Assembly (NCBI RefSeq): GCF_031769215.1
Contig: NW_026782756.1
Span: 186,001 to 250,000 of the forward strand
Source: Ylistrum balloti
Taxonomy: Eukaryota
Length of the DNA: 64,000 bases
Direction: 5' to 3'
Shown here piece after piece: positions 62,201 through 64,000 of this stretch. Position 1 is the first letter of the stretch. Every line of letters begins with the position of its first letter. Under the pieces are notes generated by a model. The model had not been told where the DNA came from and did no database searches. It worked only from the letters and a program-made list of their open reading frames with translations. Made by a program: the position numbers and the translations under genes.

Positions 62201-63990
62201 TGAGAGGTTAGGTATACATACAAAATATGCTCTGAATTTTGAATAGCAACCTTATCATCTCAGTGGTACAGCTCAGAAAACAGAAACAAGGCAAATTATA
62301 TTATTGTTGATTTCACAGTAAGATTTGTATAATTAACCTGTAAAACTTAAGTGATATACCTGTAAAATCTGTATTATATACCTGTAAAATCTGTATTATA
62401 TACCTGTAAAATCTGTATTATATACCTGTAAAACTTAAGTGATACCTGTAAAACCTGTGTTATATACCTGTAAAATCTGTGTTATATACCTGTAAAATCT
62501 GTGTTATATACCTGTAAAATCTGTGTTATATACCTGTAAAATCTGTGTTATATACCTGTAAAATCTGTGTTATATACCTGTAATATCTGTATTATATACC
62601 TGTAAAATCTGTGTTATATACCTGTAAAATCTGTGTTATATACCTGTAAAACCTGTGTTATATACCTGTAAAACCTGTGTTATATACCTGTAAAACCTGT
62701 GTTATATACCTGTAATATCTGTATTATATACCTGTAAAATCTGTGTTATATACCTGTAAAATCTGTGTTATATACCTGTAAAATCTGTGTTATATACCTG
62801 TAAAATCTGTGTTATATACCTGTAATATCTGTATTATATACCTGTAAAACTTAAGTGATATACCTGTAAAATCTGTGTTATATACCTGTAAAATCTGTGT
62901 TATATACCTGTAATATCTGTATTATATACCTGTAAAATCTGTATTATATACATGTAAAATCTGTGTTATATACCTGTAAAAACTGTGTTATATATAAAAC
63001 CTGTGTTATATACCTGCAAAATCTGTGTTATATACCTGTAATATCTGTATTATATACCTGTGCGTTATATACCTGTAAAATCTGTGTTATATACCTGTAA
63101 AACCTGTGTTATATACCTGTAAAACCTGTGTTATATACCTGCAAAACCTGTGTTATATACCTGTAAAATCTGTGTTATATACCTGTAAAATCTGTGTTAT
63201 ATACCTGTAAAATCTGTGTTATATACCTGTAAAATCTGTATTATATACCTGTAAAATCTGTGTTATATACCTGTAAAATCTGTGTTATATACCTGTAAAA
63301 CCTGTGTTATATACCTGTAAAACCTGTGTTATATACCTGCAAAATCTGTGTTATATACCTGTAATATCTGTATTATATACCTGTAAAATCTGCGTTATAT
63401 ACCTGTAAAATCTGTGTTATATACCTGTAAAATCTGTGTTATATACCTGTAAAACTTAAGTGTTATATACCTGTAATATCTGTATTATATACCTGTAAAA
63501 TCTGTATTATATACCTGTAAAATCTGTGTTATATACCTGTAAAACCTGTGTTATACCTGTAAAACCTGTGTTATATACCTGTAAAATCTGTGTTATATAC
63601 CTGTAAGATTTGTATAATTAACCTGTAAAACTTCAGTGATATACCTGTAAAATCTGTATTCTATACCTGTAAAATCTGTGTTATATACCTGTAAAACCTG
63701 TAAGTTTTGCACAGTTTATCAATATGGCTGTATACAATGTTATCAGCCAGTGTGTGTTATCTGTCTGTTGAATGTACCTTTTTTCTGCCTAGCCATTTAT
63801 GTGCTGTTTCACCCTGCTTTCACCTATTTCAGTGATCACATACACAGTCCAAGTATACACAGGTTCCGAACTCAACTCCAGTACCACAGCTGACGTGTTT
63901 ATATGCATGCATGGTCAGCGAGGTGACACTGGCCAACGTAAACTTGTCAAGTCAGAGACAACAGAATCAGCTGTGTTTCAACAAGGCACT
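35281..63990 (+). CDS. RP1: RP1/RP1L1-like protein: 2 DCX, at least 6 PLAT/LH2 and 2 FGF-like beta-trefoil domains; 3' end lies beyond the window; automated pipelines may call it LOXHD1-like
   Basis: 25 GT-AG exons in frame: 35254(ATG 35281 or 35299)-36069, 36380-36581, 37239-37402, 39271-39357, 39652-39784, 40131-40282, 40454-40532, 40857-40938, 42058-42148, 44239-44368, 44481-44587, 44853-45029, 45183-45398, 45716-45893, 46196-46321, 47340-47494, 47661-47880, 51267-51418, 51633-51790, 52894-52949, 60774-60866, 61053-61219, 61442-61531, 61763-61895, 63833-63990 (4095 nt from 35281). DCX1 GVRSIFTPRGKNRV and DCX2 MRNGDPTNRHVMIF...IYTIDGKE-IRNLQQL...VGGKEPF resemble RP1. PLAT motifs include YEVYIHTGSLWNAGTDANVY, IRIGHDNSG..GWLCDEV and CHRWMARDEDD. 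The start codon is uncertain. Confidence 0.85.
35500..36450 (+). other. Tandem doublecortin (DCX) domains of the RP1-like gene
   Basis: KICYFYKDDDYTFKSLKVAVSDRKYKRFDSLFSELTKRMPGLNYGVRSIFTPRG...YICST and PKKVTIMRNGD...QTFDQV...IYTIDG...GGKEPF fit the DCX consensus. Boundaries approximate. Confidence 0.85.
38746..39285 (+). repeat. 55-bp tandem repeat, 10 copies, spanning a real splice acceptor
   Basis: CATTCTAYAG ends at 38775, 38830, 38885, 38940, 38995, 39050, 39105, 39160, 39215 and 39270; the last is the functional acceptor of exon 39271-39357. Confidence 0.95.
44239..45893 (+). other. Two tandem FGF-like beta-trefoil domains in the RP1-like gene
   Basis: Two repeats of about 135 aa (exons 44239-45029 and 45183-45893). 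GYVSLQSGTQRGLYLGMKPDGRI resembles FGF2 GVVSIKGVCANRYLAMKEDGRL. Fold assignment is by pattern only. Confidence 0.65.
47905..49590. repeat. 25-bp minisatellite with an internal higher-order duplication of about 329 bp
   Basis: Unit GGCTGTATCAGACAGGTTTCCTAGT; the variant block CCCATAGGCTGCATTAGAC... occurs at 48905 and again at 49234. Confidence 0.92.
50390..51030. repeat. 17-bp minisatellite, degenerate at the edges
   Basis: Unit CTACATCTATCACCTGT. Confidence 0.85.
51860..52190. repeat. 60-bp higher-order repeat (3 x 20-bp subunits), about 5 copies, decaying to about 52740
   Basis: GACTTGTG at 51903, 51963, 52023, 52083 and 52143; subunits ACTTGTGTAGTACTACCAAG / GGTTGTGTAGGGCTACCCAG / GGTTATACAGGGCAACCTAG. 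Confidence 0.9.
58515..59965. repeat. 38-bp minisatellite, about 38 copies
   Basis: Unit CTACATTACATTTCCTCCAATAGACCTCAGATCTCTAC. Confidence 0.95.
61649..61747. repeat. 22-bp tandem repeat, 4.5 copies, ending 15 nt before the exon at 61763
   Basis: Unit ATCACATGACAGATTTAATTTC. Confidence 0.9.
62319..63700. repeat. 22-bp minisatellite, about 60 copies
   Basis: Unit TATATACCTGTAAAATCTGTGT; the leader GTAAGATTTGTATAATTAACCTGTAAAACTT occurs at 62319 and again at 63603. Confidence 0.95.
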
Positions 63991-64000
63991 GTATGTCATC

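Noticed and set aside
9150-63700. Arrays as possible CRISPR loci
   Set aside because: Units are contiguous with no unique spacers, there are no cas genes, and the context is eukaryotic.

Overview
AT-rich eukaryotic genomic DNA with spliced genes. The repeat families look bivalve-like, so a mollusc is likely (inference). I assembled five intron-containing genes by hand from splice sites and reading-frame phases. (1) ELOVL1/7-type fatty-acid elongase (+, 7 coding exons, 278 aa). (2) NDUFB7 (-, 3 exons, 131 aa), head-to-head with (3) EIF3I (+, 9 exons, 320 aa), whose intron 2 is a U12-type minor intron. (4) C8orf74 homologue (-, 5 exons, 310 aa), head-to-head with (5) a large RP1/RP1L1-like gene (+, at least 25 coding exons, over 1365 aa, running off the window end). 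Gene 5 has the architecture DCX-DCX-PLAT-PLAT-(FGF-like beta-trefoil)x2-PLAT-PLAT-PLAT-PLAT... The C8orf74/RP1-like divergent pair mirrors human C8orf74/RP1L1 at 8p23.1. Introns hold many minisatellites, including a 55-bp array that multiplies a real splice acceptor ten times. There are also SINE, MITE and 5S-like fragments and several candidate microexons. Most ORFs in the supplied track are exon fragments or artefacts. No CRISPR array, intact tRNA or intact rRNA gene was seen.
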